Program-made: the position numbers and the translations under genes | Shown: piece by piece, positions 20,393-29,998 of the stretch | How positions within the stretch are numbered: the stretch's first letter is position 1 | Layout: the number at the start of each line of letters is the position of its first letter | Source of the DNA: a bacterium | GTDB lineage: Bacteria > Zhuqueibacterota > Zhuqueibacteria > Oceanimicrobiales > Oceanimicrobiaceae | Reading direction: 5' to 3' | Length of the DNA stretch: 64,000 nt | Assembly: GCA_037446635.1 (NCBI GenBank) | Contig: JBBIIG010000014.1 | Coordinates: 16,294 to 80,293 of the forward strand | Notes under the pieces: generated by a model | What the model saw: the letters and a program-made list of their open reading frames with translations, nothing else | Told to the model about the DNA's origin: nothing | Database searches by the model: none

Positions 20393-20916
20393 ATGAATCC
20401 GCGCGCAAAAACCCATACGAGCCGACTATCAACCCAGTTTGTTTTTGGAATTCTGTTCGTGGCCGGCGTCGCCATCGGCCAGCCTCCGACCGGTTTGACT
20501 TTCAAAGAAACGCGTCAATTGTTTCCATGGGCGGATATGTTTAAACCCATCAAGGATATCAATGAGACGACGAAGATTGCCGAAGTTTGGGATACCGACG
20601 ACCCCATCGAATTGCTTGGTTGGGCGATCGTGAAGGAGATGGCTTACGAGGACCGCGAATTCTCACTCGTCTTAGGCATCAAAAAACAAGATCGCGCGAT
20701 TTCAAAAATCATGATCTCCCACAGGACTTCCTCGCGCAATTCGAGGGCCGAAGCTTGCGCCATAGTTTTGAGATTGTTAAAACGCCGGAGGACGAAATGT
20801 TCTTGCCCCGAAAAGTCAGGCCAATCCGGGATCGCATTGAGCTTTCCGAGGAAATTGCCAAGAGCGTGGAAGAGGTGCTTTCCCTGTTTCAGAAAATGAG
20901 CGAAAACGTCAACTGA
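20393..20916 (+). pseudogene. FMN-binding-domain membrane protein, apparently disrupted by a single-base frameshift near 20718-20725
   Basis: Frame A (20393-20899) gives ..EFSLVLGIKKQDRAISKIMISH. Frame B (20587-20916) continues ..(H)QDFLAQFEGRSLRHSFEIVKTPED.., matching the FMN_bind consensus (..KI..HxETPGLG..FLxQFxGKS). Inserting one C into the CCC run would restore KIMISHQDFLAQFEG. Confidence 0.55.
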
Positions 20917-20985
20917 AGATTTGCTAACTCACTCAAATAACCTAATCGAATGACTAATCCTAAACCAGAAGGAGAGGAGGTCTAA

Positions 20986-22647
20986 ATGAAGCGTTGGACA
21001 TTTGTTTTGTTAATCCTGTTATTTCCGGCTGTGCTTGCCGCACAAGGCGTCGTGCAGGTGTTTGATGCGGATATAGTTGGGGATGTGCTTTGGACTAAGA
21101 ACAACACCTACGTTTTGAACGGTTTGGTATTCGTGGAGGACGGCGAGACCTTGACCATCGAAGCTGGCACGGTGGTGAAAGGGAAGCCGGGGCAAGCGGA
21201 GGCGGCGAGTGCGTTAATTGTGGCGCGCGGCGGGAAGATTTTTGCGGAGGGCACGCCGACGCAGCCGATAATTTTCACCGCGGAGGCGGACGACGTGACA
21301 GACCCGAACGATTTGCCGGCGAACACGCGCGGCTTGTGGGGCGGCGTGATTATCTTGGGCCGCGCGGTGATCAACGTGGCAGGCGGGGAGCAGGACATCG
21401 AAGGCATTCCGGTGACGGAGCCGCGGGGGGTTTATGGCGGCACGGACGACGATGACAACAGCGGAGTTTTTCGGTACGTATCGATTCGCTACGGCGGCAC
21501 CAACATCGGGGCCAACAACGAGATCAACGGCTTGACGATGGGCGCGGTGGGGCGCGGGACGACAATTGAATTTGTAGAAGTGTTCAACAACGCGGACGAC
21601 GGCTACGAGTGGTTTGGGGGGACGGTGAACACGCGTTATTTAGTGAGCGCCTTCAACGATGACGACGGTTTTGATTATGATGAAGGGTGGCGCGGCCACA
21701 ACCAATTCTGGTTTTTGATTCAGGCGGAAGACGCCGGCGGTTCGGGCGGTGAGCATGACGGCGGCACGACGCCGGAGGATGGCTTGCCGTTTGCGATCCC
21801 GTTGATTTACAATGCGACGTATATTGGCAGCGGCGCCAGTTCAGCTAACACGCGCAGTGACTTTGCTTTGAACATTCGGGACAACGCGGGCGGGAAGTAT
21901 TACAACAGTATTTTCACGGATTTCTTTGGGCGGGCGGTTCAGATTGAAGATTTGGCGAGTGGGGAAGACAGTCGGGCGCGTTTGGACGCCGGCGATTTGG
22001 TGCTGCAAAACAACATTTGGTTTGGGTTTGGCGCCGGCAGCGCGACCACGGATTTGTTTGCGCAGGATTTCGTGCATACATACATGACCGACGCTGCCAA
22101 CAACAATCGCTTCGTCGATCCCATGCTGAATGGCGTCAGCCGCGCCGCCGATGCCGGCCTTGATCCACGTCCCGATGATGCAAGTCCAGCGTTGAGCGGA
22201 TTCGTTCAGCCGCCGACTGACGGTTTTTTTGCGCCCGTCGATTATGTCGGAGCGTTTGGCGACCAAAACTGGGCAGCCGACTGGACGTTCCTTTCAGAGG
22301 CCGGCTATCTGACGACCGCTGGCGCCCGTACGCCCAACGTGGTCACTTCAGTGGAGGAAGAGCGAATTCCAAACGTTCAGCCCACCAGATTTACGCTCAG
22401 CCAGAATTATCCGAATCCGTTCAACCCGACCACCAACATCAACTATGATTTGGTAACGACTACCCAGGTTCGGTTGACGGTGTACAACCTGCGCGGCCAG
22501 AAAGTCGCCACGCTAGTGGATGGTGTGCGCCCTGCTGGCAGCTACACCGTTACCTGGGATGCCGCAAATCTTTCGAGCGGAATATACATCTACCGTTTGG
22601 AAGCTGGCAAAAATGCCGTCTCGCGTATGATGACGCTTTTGAAGTAA
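20986..22647 (+). CDS. T9SS-sorted secreted protein (Gly/Asp-rich, beta-helix-like passenger plus a T9SS C-terminal sorting domain)
   Basis: Strong RBS GGAGAGGAGG. Signal peptide. The C-terminus ..FTLSQNYPNPFNPTTNINYDL..VRLTVYNLRGQKVATLVDGVRPAGSYTVTWDAANLSSGIYIYRLEAGKNAVSRMMTLLK is a classic Por_Secre_tail domain. Confidence 0.8.
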   Translation: MKRWTFVLLILLFPAVLAAQGVVQVFDADIVGDVLWTKNNTYVLNGLVFVEDGETLTIEAGTVVKGKPGQAEAASALIVARGGKIFAEGTPTQPIIFTAEADDVTDPNDLPANTRGLWGGVIILGRAVINVAGGEQDIEGIPVTEPRGVYGGTDDDDNSGVFRYVSIRYGGTNIGANNEINGLTMGAVGRGTTIEFVEVFNNADDGYEWFGGTVNTRYLVSAFNDDDGFDYDEGWRGHNQFWFLIQAEDAGGSGGEHDGGTTPEDGLPFAIPLIYNATYIGSGASSANTRSDFALNIRDNAGGKYYNSIFTDFFGRAVQIEDLASGEDSRARLDAGDLVLQNNIWFGFGAGSATTDLFAQDFVHTYMTDAANNNRFVDPMLNGVSRAADAGLDPRPDDASPALSGFVQPPTDGFFAPVDYVGAFGDQNWAADWTFLSEAGYLTTAGARTPNVVTSVEEERIPNVQPTRFTLSQNYPNPFNPTTNINYDLVTTTQVRLTVYNLRGQKVATLVDGVRPAGSYTVTWDAANLSSGIYIYRLEAGKNAVSRMMTLLK

Positions 22648-22660
22648 CAGTCGACGACTT

Positions 22661-22692
22661 GCCACGCACTTCAAAAGTGCGTGGCACGTTTT
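22661..22692 (+). terminator. Intrinsic terminator hairpin, family A palindrome (GCCACGCACT-TCAAA-AGTGCGTGGC) plus T-tract
   Basis: Perfect 10-bp stem 14 nt after the stop of gene 20986-22647, followed by ACGTTTTG. Confidence 0.6.
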
Positions 22693-22706
22693 GAGTAACC
22701 TGGAAT

Positions 22707-22739
22707 TGCCTGGCACTTTAAAAGTGCCAGGCAATTTTA
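22707..22739 (+). repeat. Family A palindromic hairpin, copy 2 (TTGCCTGGCACT-TTAAA-AGTGCCAGGCAA plus TTTT)
   Basis: Perfect 12-bp stem. Nearly identical to the hairpins at 32757-32790 and 40786-40820. A degenerate half-copy sits at 22745-22775. Confidence 0.6.
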
Positions 22740-22818
22740 ATCCCGTGCCATGCCCTTCAAAAGTGCCTGGCAAGTGTATAACCAAAAACTCCCTTCACTC
22801 TCGAACCTTTCCTCGAGT

Positions 22819-22857
22819 CAGGCGCTGGGCTAAGTTAGCCGGCGCCTGTTTTATTTT
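22819..22857 (+). terminator. Terminator-like hairpin with T-tract (CAGGCGC..GCGCCTG TTTTATTTT), orphan in an intergenic region
   Basis: 7-bp GC stem with a long loop, followed by a T9-like tract. There is no annotated gene immediately upstream, so it may terminate a small transcript. Confidence 0.45.
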
Positions 22858-22868
22858 GAAGTGCACAA

Positions 22869-22900
22869 GTGCCAGGCACTTTCAAAGTGCCTGGCACTTT
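22869..22900 (+). repeat. Family A palindromic hairpin, copy 3 (GTGCCAGGCACT-TTCAA-AGTGCCTGGCAC plus TTT)
   Basis: Perfect 12-bp stem. Confidence 0.6.
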
Positions 22901-22986
22901 GTCTCCCCGGCTTTTCTGTTGCATTTCAGGACGATTTGTTTTAAAATTCAACAAAATTCAACAAACAATTTTAGCCGCGATGACTC

Positions 22987-23979
22987 ATGAAACCACAACC
23001 GCAGAAGCTAGCGTTCGTCTACTTCGTTCTGGTTATTTGTGGCTGTCTCAACGACGCCGACCGCAACAACCCGCTCGATCCCGCTTCTCCAAATTTTAAA
23101 AACACCGGGGGCATTTCCGGGCAAACACTTAGTTTTTACTCGCCGTTTTCTCCTATCGCCGATGTGGAAGTTCGTTTAGACCCCGGCCCGCTGTTGACGA
23201 CCAGCGACGCTCAAGGCCGATTTAGTTTTGCAAATTTACTCGCGGCGGCCTACCAGATTCGCGCCTCCAAAGATGGGTATGCCGCAGTTTTCGACACGGT
23301 CGAAGTTCCGCTGCAGCAACTGGCACAAATAAGTTTGAATCTGGACGCCTTGCCCGTGATCACGAACCCCCGCGTCAGCTCCAGCCACATCAGCCGCTGG
23401 TGGCCGCAGACCGATTTGTATTTGCTCGCGGCCAACGTTCGAGTGGAGGATTTAGACGGCGTCAACGACATCGCCACCATCGAGTTGCTGATTCCGGATT
23501 TGAGTTTCGTCGATACGTTGTCGATGACGGCCGCGCCGGGAGTGTTTCAGATTCAGGTTCTGGAATCGCAGTTGCCGGGGCGCAACTTGCAGGAGGTGTT
23601 GGGACGAGAGATTTTGATTCGCGCCAAAGATCGCGCAGGCTTCAACAGCACGTCGGCGCCGCAGTTCATCGCCCGCATTATTGAGGAGGTGCCAATAACG
23701 TTATCTCCGCAGGGATTAGAAACCGTTGCCACCGCCAATCCCACTTTGCAGTGGCAGGCACTGAACCAGCCCTATCGCTTCACGTATCGCGTTGAGTTGT
23801 ATCGCGTGGATTTTGGCATTAACAATCTGGTTTGGCAACGTGGCGAGATTGATCGCGCTACCACAGAAATCATCGTCCCGGAAAATCTGACTCCCGGAAC
23901 TTATTTCTGGACTATCGCCGTAGTTGATGAATTTGGCAACCTGAGCCGCTCGAAAGAGGCCTCGTTTCAAGTGAATTAA
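22987..23979 (+). CDS. Hypothetical lipoprotein with a carboxypeptidase-regulatory-like / Ig-like beta-sandwich region
   Basis: Signal peptide plus lipobox (VLVICGC). ..DVEVRLDPGPLLTTSDAQGRFSFANLLAAAYQIRASKDGY.. No catalytic motif recognised. Confidence 0.7.
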   Translation: MKPQPQKLAFVYFVLVICGCLNDADRNNPLDPASPNFKNTGGISGQTLSFYSPFSPIADVEVRLDPGPLLTTSDAQGRFSFANLLAAAYQIRASKDGYAAVFDTVEVPLQQLAQISLNLDALPVITNPRVSSSHISRWWPQTDLYLLAANVRVEDLDGVNDIATIELLIPDLSFVDTLSMTAAPGVFQIQVLESQLPGRNLQEVLGREILIRAKDRAGFNSTSAPQFIARIIEEVPITLSPQGLETVATANPTLQWQALNQPYRFTYRVELYRVDFGINNLVWQRGEIDRATTEIIVPENLTPGTYFWTIAVVDEFGNLSRSKEASFQVN

Positions 23980-24010
23980 CCGGAGTAAAACGCTTAAGCG
24001 TTTCACTCCG
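23980..24010 (+). repeat. Family C palindromic hairpin (CGGAGTAAAACGC-TTAA-GCGTTTCACTCCG) directly after the stop codon
   Basis: 13-bp stem with one mismatch. A related partial copy lies at 29702-29724, also directly after a stop. Confidence 0.55.
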
Positions 24011-24018
24011 AAGTCTAT

Positions 24019-24042
24019 AGGGGCGTATGACTATACGCCCCT
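24019..24042. repeat. Family B palindrome (AGGGGCGTAT-GACT-ATACGCCCCT)
   Basis: Perfect 10-bp stem. A related copy TAGGGGCGTATGG|CCATACGCCCCTAC lies at 32804-32831. Confidence 0.5.
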
Positions 24043-24059
24043 GCGAAGTGAACCACCAA

Positions 24060-25547
24060 ATGCAAATCAAATCCAACAACTCGCGCTCTTCCCTCGAAGC
24101 CCTTTCCGAAATCGCGCAGGTGATCAACACCATTCAGGAGATCGATCCCCTGCTCGAAAAAGTTTTGGAGATCGCAATGGCCACGCTGGAAGCGGAGCGC
24201 GGATTCGTGCTGCTAAAATCTGCCGCGGCGCCGCAGGGTTTCGAAATCCGCAGCAGCCGCAATTTCGCCGAAACGCAGATTTCCGATCTCACCCGCATTT
24301 CCACCAGCGTGGTGCAAGCGGTGCTGAGCGCCGGCGAACCGTTGCTGGTTTATGAAGCGCAGACCGATCCCAAATTCCGCGAGACCGAGAGCGTGGTGCT
24401 GCAAAAAATCCAGTCCATTGCCTGTGTGCCGCTGCGGCTGAAAGCCAAACAGATCGGCGCCATTTATCTCGACAGCCTCACCCGCCGCAGCAAATTCACG
24501 CAGGACAGCCTGCCGTTTCTGACGGCGTTCGCCAATCAGGCCGCCATCGCCATTGAAAATGCCAAGCTCTATCACGCCCTGCGGGATGAAAATCGCCGGC
24601 TGCGCTCTGAGGTGCAGCGGCTGCACGGTTTCAAAGAGATCATCGGGCAGAGCCCGAAGATGCGCGCGGTGTTCGACATGCTGAGCCGGGTAGTGGAGTC
24701 CGATGCCACCGTGCTCATCGAAGGCGAGAGCGGCACCGGCAAAGAACTGATCGCCCGCGCGCTGCATTACAACGGGCCGCGCAAAGACCAGCCGTTCATG
24801 GCGCTGTTTTGCGGCTCGCTGCCGGACTCGCTGTTGGAAAGCGAGCTCTTCGGCCACAAAAAGGGCGCGTTCACCGGCGCGGTTTCGGACAAACGCGGAC
24901 TTTTTGAAGCGGCGGACGGCGGCACGTTTTTTCTCGATGAAATCGGCGATCTCAGCCCGCAAATTCAAACCAAGCTGTTGCGCGTTTTGCAGGAGGGCGA
25001 AATCAAACGCGTGGGCGAAAATCAAATTCGCAAAGTGGACGTGCGCATCGTCTCCGCTACCAACAAAGTGCTCAAAGATTTGGTGAAAGCCGGCAGCTTT
25101 CGCGAAGACTTGTTTTATCGCCTCAACACCATCAACATCGTGTTGCCGCCGCTGCGCCAGCGCAAAAGCGACATCCCGCTTTTAGCGCATCACTTTCTCG
25201 ACAAGTATGCCGCCAAGAAAAAAAATCACATCAAAGGATTCGACAAATCCGCGCTCGAGGCGTTGACGAATTATTTGTGGCCCGGCAACGTGCGCGAGCT
25301 GGAAAACACGATCGAACGCGCGGTGGTGATGGCGCGCGGTGAGTTTATCACCGTCGCGGATTTGCAACTGCCGAAAAATGAGCCCGCGGCAGAAATCGAA
25401 TCCGGTTTAACTCTGGAAGAAGTCGAAAAGCGGTTGGTGCAAAAAACATTGCTGGATCAAAACCATAATATCTCCGAAACCGCGCGCGTGCTGGGCGTGT
25501 CGCGGCGCTGGCTGCATTATAAAATCAAAGAATGGAATATTTCGTGA
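24060..25547 (+). CDS. Sigma-54-dependent Fis-family transcriptional activator with an N-terminal GAF domain (second copy in the window)
   Basis: ..[94 protein letters not shown]. Start taken at ATG 24060, because ATG 24027 lies inside the family B palindrome. Confidence 0.9.
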   Translation: MQIKSNNSRSSLEALSEIAQVINTIQEIDPLLEKVLEIAMATLEAERGFVLLKSAAAPQGFEIRSSRNFAETQISDLTRISTSVVQAVLSAGEPLLVYEAQTDPKFRETESVVLQKIQSIACVPLRLKAKQIGAIYLDSLTRRSKFTQDSLPFLTAFANQAAIAIENAKLYHALRDENRRLRSEVQRLHGFKEIIGQSPKMRAVFDMLSRVVESDATVLIEGESGTGKELIARALHYNGPRKDQPFMALFCGSLPDSLLESELFGHKKGAFTGAVSDKRGLFEAADGGTFFLDEIGDLSPQIQTKLLRVLQEGEIKRVGENQIRKVDVRIVSATNKVLKDLVKAGSFREDLFYRLNTINIVLPPLRQRKSDIPLLAHHFLDKYAAKKKNHIKGFDKSALEALTNYLWPGNVRELENTIERAVVMARGEFITVADLQLPKNEPAAEIESGLTLEEVEKRLVQKTLLDQNHNISETARVLGVSRRWLHYKIKEWNIS

Positions 25548-25586
25548 GCAATTCGTAAATCGCTGAGCAAGGTGTTAATTAAGAGA

Positions 25587-25826
25587 ATGGAGTATTGGAT
25601 TGATGGAGTAATGGATTAATGCGCCAGCGTTCCCACTCCTTGCCAAGGAGGGGGTTAGGGGGGTCGGTGATCTGATGTGGAGTTGTGGAGTACTGGATTA
25701 ATAGATGACTGCTTTGGGACGATGCGCTCTTCGCTTGACCCGTACGAATGTGCGCTTTTTCATCACTCCACTACTCCATCAATCCATTACTCCAATAATC
25801 CAATAATCCAATAATCCATCAACTCC
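25587..25826. repeat. Composite ~240-bp element bounded by inverted 8-bp-periodic GGAKTRWT arrays, family F
   Basis: + arrays GGAGTATT GGATTGAT GGAGTAAT GGATTAAT (25587-25621) and TGGAGTTG TGGAGTAC TGGATTAA (25676-25705). Reverse-complement array CCATTACTCC AATAATCC AATAATCC AATAATCC ATCAACTCC (25762-25826). It fills the gap between the sigma-54 activator and the Ser/Thr kinase gene. Confidence 0.5.
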
Positions 25827-25846
25827 GTCATCGAAATTATCAAGAC

Positions 25847-27571
25847 ATGAAGACGACGAAAGAGATCGGGGGAATTCAAATTTTCGCCGAAATCCATTCG
25901 GGCGCCACCACGTTGGTGTTCAAAGGCTATCAGCCGGCGCTCGACCGCATGGTGCTGCTCAAAGTGCTGCGCCCGGAATTTAATCACGACGCCGAACTCA
26001 CCCGGCGCTTCGAGGAGGAGGCGCGCCTCACCGCCAAAATCCAGCATCCGAACGTGGCCGCGATTTACGATTACGGCCGCGCCGGCGACTGGCGCTACTT
26101 CGCCGCCGAATTTGTGGAAGGGTTTAATTTAGGAGAAATCATTCATCAGCGAAAACTGCCGCCGGAATTGGCCGCGTTCATTTTGTTGGAATGTGTGCGC
26201 GGACTGAAAGCCGCTCACGACAAAAAAATTTTGCACCGCGATCTCAAACCTTCGAACATCTTGATTTCCCACGAAGGTCAGGTGAAGCTCACCGACTTCG
26301 GCATGGCTTCGCTGCGGCCAAGCGCAGAGCAGCAACTTGAAGAAAAAATTTCCGGAACGTTAGCCTATCTCGCGCCCGAACAAATTTTGGGAAAGCCTGC
26401 CAGTCCCTCCTCCGATATTTTTTCGCTGGGCGCGACTTTCTTCGAAATGGTGACCGGCGAACCGGCATTTGCCGGTGAAAATCCCGGCAATATATTCGAG
26501 GTAATATTGCATTCAGATCCTTTCGCAAAAATTTCCAGCGCCGCTTTCCCGGAAATATGGCGGCGAATTTGTGCGAAGATGCTGGCAAACGATCCGGCGC
26601 AACGATACAGCGAGTGCTCTGCGCTGATCGCAGACATTGAGGTCGCTGGCGTTTTTGTAAATTCTTCTGACTTGAAAAGTTATTTGTTCGATCCAGTTAG
26701 TTATTTAGAAAAAGTCGTGATCGCCCCGGGTTCCGTTTCCAGGTTTTCGCCGACTGCCACGGAAGGTGCTCGTTCGGGATTTTTCCGCCTGCGCGGGCAG
26801 GCAATTCCGCACGCTACGTTGCGCCGAGTCTGGCCGGCAGCCGCGGCGATAATCCTTATCGTTATGGCTGCGGCTATTGGGTTTTCATTTTTGCAAAAGA
26901 AAGAAAAACTAGCTTTGCGCGAAGAGCAGCAGGCAGCATTTTTATCACCATCAGACTCAAACGCCATTCAAAATAATCAATCAAAATTTGTTGATGAGCC
27001 GAAGCCAACCACAACCGTCGCAGCACGCGAAGCTGAAATTAATGCGCCAGCGCAACCGCAGCCAGGGCAAATGATGATTGGGATTGAAAAAGACGCAACC
27101 CCATCAGCCCAAATTCCGGCCGAACATCCGGCGCCGGAGTTTGGCTATTTGACTATCATCTGCACGCCGTGGGCAGCGGTTTTTGTCAACGGCGATTCGC
27201 TCACCACGACGCCGCTGCGCTCGCCGATAAAATTACCGCTCGGCCGCCATGAGTTGATTTTGCGAAATCCGCAATTTCCAGAATTCAAGCAGTGGATCGA
27301 ATTAAGTGAGGAAAATACGACGATCGAAATTTCGCTGTGGAGTCTGGTCGGCACGCTCAAATTAGAAGTGAGTCCGTGGGCGGAAGTTTATGTCGATGGC
27401 CAATACCAAGACACGGTGCCGCCGCAGCGGCGGCCGCTGATTTTGTCGCCGGGCCAGCACGTGCTCATGCTCAAACATCCGCAATTAGGCGCGTGGGAGA
27501 CGCCTATTGAGATCGCCGCCGGCAAAAATTTGGAGATGAAATTTAATCTTCAAACCCTGCTGTCAAAATAG
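25847..27571 (+). CDS. Ser/Thr protein kinase with a transmembrane segment and C-terminal PEGA-like domains
   Basis: Hanks kinase motifs (HRDLKPSNILIS, KLTDFGMA, GTLAYLAPE). TM helix (WPAAAAIILIVMAAAIGF). C-terminal PEGYLTIICTPWAAVFVNGD.. and a second PEGA-like repeat. Confidence 0.85.
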   Translation: MKTTKEIGGIQIFAEIHSGATTLVFKGYQPALDRMVLLKVLRPEFNHDAELTRRFEEEARLTAKIQHPNVAAIYDYGRAGDWRYFAAEFVEGFNLGEIIHQRKLPPELAAFILLECVRGLKAAHDKKILHRDLKPSNILISHEGQVKLTDFGMASLRPSAEQQLEEKISGTLAYLAPEQILGKPASPSSDIFSLGATFFEMVTGEPAFAGENPGNIFEVILHSDPFAKISSAAFPEIWRRICAKMLANDPAQRYSECSALIADIEVAGVFVNSSDLKSYLFDPVSYLEKVVIAPGSVSRFSPTATEGARSGFFRLRGQAIPHATLRRVWPAAAAIILIVMAAAIGFSFLQKKEKLALREEQQAAFLSPSDSNAIQNNQSKFVDEPKPTTTVAAREAEINAPAQPQPGQMMIGIEKDATPSAQIPAEHPAPEFGYLTIICTPWAAVFVNGDSLTTTPLRSPIKLPLGRHELILRNPQFPEFKQWIELSEENTTIEISLWSLVGTLKLEVSPWAEVYVDGQYQDTVPPQRRPLILSPGQHVLMLKHPQLGAWETPIEIAAGKNLEMKFNLQTLLSK

Positions 27572-27659
27572 TGGAACGCCATTTGCCTTTTTCATGGCCG
27601 GTTTGGCTCGGACCATTCATCAGCGGGAAAAATTTGCACAATAAACTGGAATTTTCAAC

Positions 27660-28910
27660 ATGAAACAGATCGTCTTTTTTTTGATTGTGCTTGGTTGGTT
27701 GGTGTGGGTTGAGGACATCTCGGCGCAAGCCGGCTGGATTTTCAAAACGCCGATGCCCACGGCGCGCGCCGGCATTTGCGCCGCGGTGCTCGACGGCAAA
27801 GTCTATGTGATGGGCGGCCGCAGCAGCAGCGGCCAGGTGCTCGATTTGGTGGAGCGATACGACCCGCAAAACGACCGTTGGGAAAGTTCGCCGCGTTTGC
27901 GGGATGGGCGCGAGAACGCCGCGGCGGTGGTTTATGATGGCACCATCTTTGTGCTCGGCGGCCGCGATCACGAAGGAGAAGTCATAAAGAAGGTAGAATT
28001 TTTTAATCACAATAGAAATGAATGGGAGGGCTTTGATGATATGTTAGAAAAGCGGGAGGGGCTCGGCGCCGTAGTGGTGAATGGTCTTCTGTATGCCGTG
28101 GGCGGTGGCGATGAACACGAAGTGTTGTTGGATGGCGTGGAATTTTTTGATCCAAGCCAGCGGAAATGGATTAAAGCGAATGACTGGCAGCTGATTTTGC
28201 CGGCGGCATCGCTGGTCGCGGTGGCGGTGCGGGATTCCGCCTTCACCATCGGCGGATTTGGGGGCGTGTTGGGACCGCTGAATATTGTGCAGCGGTACTA
28301 CGCCGGCTTGGAAACGGCGGTGCGTGCCTCCCTGCTGATTGGGCGCGGGGGGTCGGCTGTCGTCGCCCGCGGCGACTCCATTTTCGTTTTGGGAGGAAGC
28401 GGATTGTTGGGCACGTTAAATTCCGTTGAGGTGTTCATCCCGAAATTCAATCGCTGGGAAAGCTTCTCATCTCTGCAAACCGCCCGCGAGAACTTCGCCG
28501 CGGTGGCGGTGGATCACACGCTGTTCGTCTTTGGCGGCCGCGGCGCCAACGGCCACGCCCTCAACTCCGTGGAAGCGTATGAGCTCGTGACCGCGGTGGA
28601 AGACGAGCCGCCGATTTTGCCGCTCGGTTTTGCGCTGGAGCAAAACTATCCCAATCCCTTCAATGCTGGCACGAAGATCGTTTTTCGTGTTCCAGCCTCT
28701 AACAGTACGGCGGCGATTCGATTAGAGATTTTTAATGTGCGCGGCGCGCGCGTGGCAACTTTGGTCGATGGGCCGCGGCTGCCAGGCGAGTACGAAGTGT
28801 TTTGGGACGGCGCTGATTTTCAAAAGCGGCCGGTTGCCAGCGGAATTTATGTGTACATATTAGAAATGGGCGGACAACGCATCGCCAAAAAAATGATCCT
28901 GAGCCGATGA
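27660..28910 (+). CDS. Kelch-repeat protein with a T9SS C-terminal sorting domain
   Basis: Signal peptide. Repeated Kelch motifs (..AAVLDGKVYVMGGR..RYDPQNDRWE..). C-terminus FALEQNYPNPFNAGTKIVF..IYVYILEMGGQRIAKKMILSR. Confidence 0.85.
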   Translation: MKQIVFFLIVLGWLVWVEDISAQAGWIFKTPMPTARAGICAAVLDGKVYVMGGRSSSGQVLDLVERYDPQNDRWESSPRLRDGRENAAAVVYDGTIFVLGGRDHEGEVIKKVEFFNHNRNEWEGFDDMLEKREGLGAVVVNGLLYAVGGGDEHEVLLDGVEFFDPSQRKWIKANDWQLILPAASLVAVAVRDSAFTIGGFGGVLGPLNIVQRYYAGLETAVRASLLIGRGGSAVVARGDSIFVLGGSGLLGTLNSVEVFIPKFNRWESFSSLQTARENFAAVAVDHTLFVFGGRGANGHALNSVEAYELVTAVEDEPPILPLGFALEQNYPNPFNAGTKIVFRVPASNSTAAIRLEIFNVRGARVATLVDGPRLPGEYEVFWDGADFQKRPVASGIYVYILEMGGQRIAKKMILSR

Positions 28911-29701
28911 AACCTACTATTATTTTTCTGATTCTATTTTTGCAGGCTACCGTTTTTGGACAGGGCGCCGAGCGCGATCTGATTGAAGAAATTCAAACGG
29001 CGTACAATCAATTGAATTACCCGGAAGCGGAAATCAAAGCGCAGGCGGCGCTCAAAGATTTCCAGCGCTTCACTCCCGCCCAGTTGACCGAGATTCACAA
29101 AATTTTAGCTCTCATTTATTTTTCTCAAAACCAAGAAGACGCCGCCCGTTTGCAATTTGAAAATGCGCTGTCGCTCTCGCCGGATTTAAAACTCGACCCG
29201 CTGTTTGTCTCGCCCAAGATCGTGGAGTTTTTTGAGGACATAAAAAAAGCGCGCGCGGCAAAGGTGAATGATGCCGGCGCGCCGCGAGCGGATGTGCGGT
29301 ACGTGCTAGTGCAAGACCCGCGTCCGGCCGCGGCCATGCGCTCGATGATTTTGCCGGGCTGGGGCCAGCTTTATAAAGGCGAGAAAACCAAAGGTCGCGT
29401 GCTGCTCGGACTCTGGAGCGCCGGCGTCATAGGAACCGTCGCCGCACACATTGCCCGCGCCAACGCCGAGGACAAATACCTTGCGGAAACCGATCCCAAT
29501 CGCATCGAATCCCGTTACGACGCCTTCAACCGTTATCACAAGCTGCGCAACAACCTGTTGATTTTCTCCGGCGGCGTCTGGCTCTTCAGCTACCTCGACG
29601 CCATCGTCAAAAAACAAAATCCCAATTATTCCTCTCAAAATTCCGTTCTCATTCTCCCAAATTTCGACAAACCGCAGGTGAGCTTCGTCGTTCGTTTCTA
29701 A
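28907..29701 (+). CDS. Secreted hypothetical protein with TPR-like N-terminus and DUF5683-like C-terminus
   Basis: Start overlaps the Kelch gene stop (ATGA). ..SMILPGWGQLYKGEKTKGRVLLGLWSAGVIG..RYDAFNRYHKLRNNLLIFSGGVWLFSYLDAI resembles DUF5683 of Bacteroidota. Confidence 0.55.
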   Translation: MKPTIIFLILFLQATVFGQGAERDLIEEIQTAYNQLNYPEAEIKAQAALKDFQRFTPAQLTEIHKILALIYFSQNQEDAARLQFENALSLSPDLKLDPLFVSPKIVEFFEDIKKARAAKVNDAGAPRADVRYVLVQDPRPAAAMRSMILPGWGQLYKGEKTKGRVLLGLWSAGVIGTVAAHIARANAEDKYLAETDPNRIESRYDAFNRYHKLRNNLLIFSGGVWLFSYLDAIVKKQNPNYSSQNSVLILPNFDKPQVSFVVRF

Positions 29702-29998
29702 CCGGAGTGAAACGCTTTAGCGTTGCAGTTTCCCTGTGGAGTGCCAAACTTTAGTTGGCCTACGTCACCTAAAGCTTGACACTCCTCGCCTGCGCAAACT
29801 TTTCTCACGCCATTGCAAACCCTGCGCATACCAATTTTTCAACGACTCAATTGGGCGCGTTAAATCACGAATCGTAAACCATCACAAGATTACCACTTAA
29901 CGCCCCTCGATTGTGACGCGACCGCGCTGGCATCGCCTTTGCGTGATGAACGTCCAAACCAATTCACCCAATTTATTTCAAAAATAGGAGGATTTGTC

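Noticed and set aside
22707-22739. Family A palindromes considered as sigma-54 promoters because they contain TGGCAC
   Set aside because: The GG-to-GC spacing is 14 nt rather than 12 and there is no TTGC element. They sit 3' of stop codons with T-tracts, so they read as terminator hairpins instead.
24213-25025. 270-aa minus-strand ORF inside the second sigma-54 activator gene
   Set aside because: It is antisense to a strongly supported AAA+ activator. Its Ala/Arg-rich composition is typical of reverse-strand artefacts.
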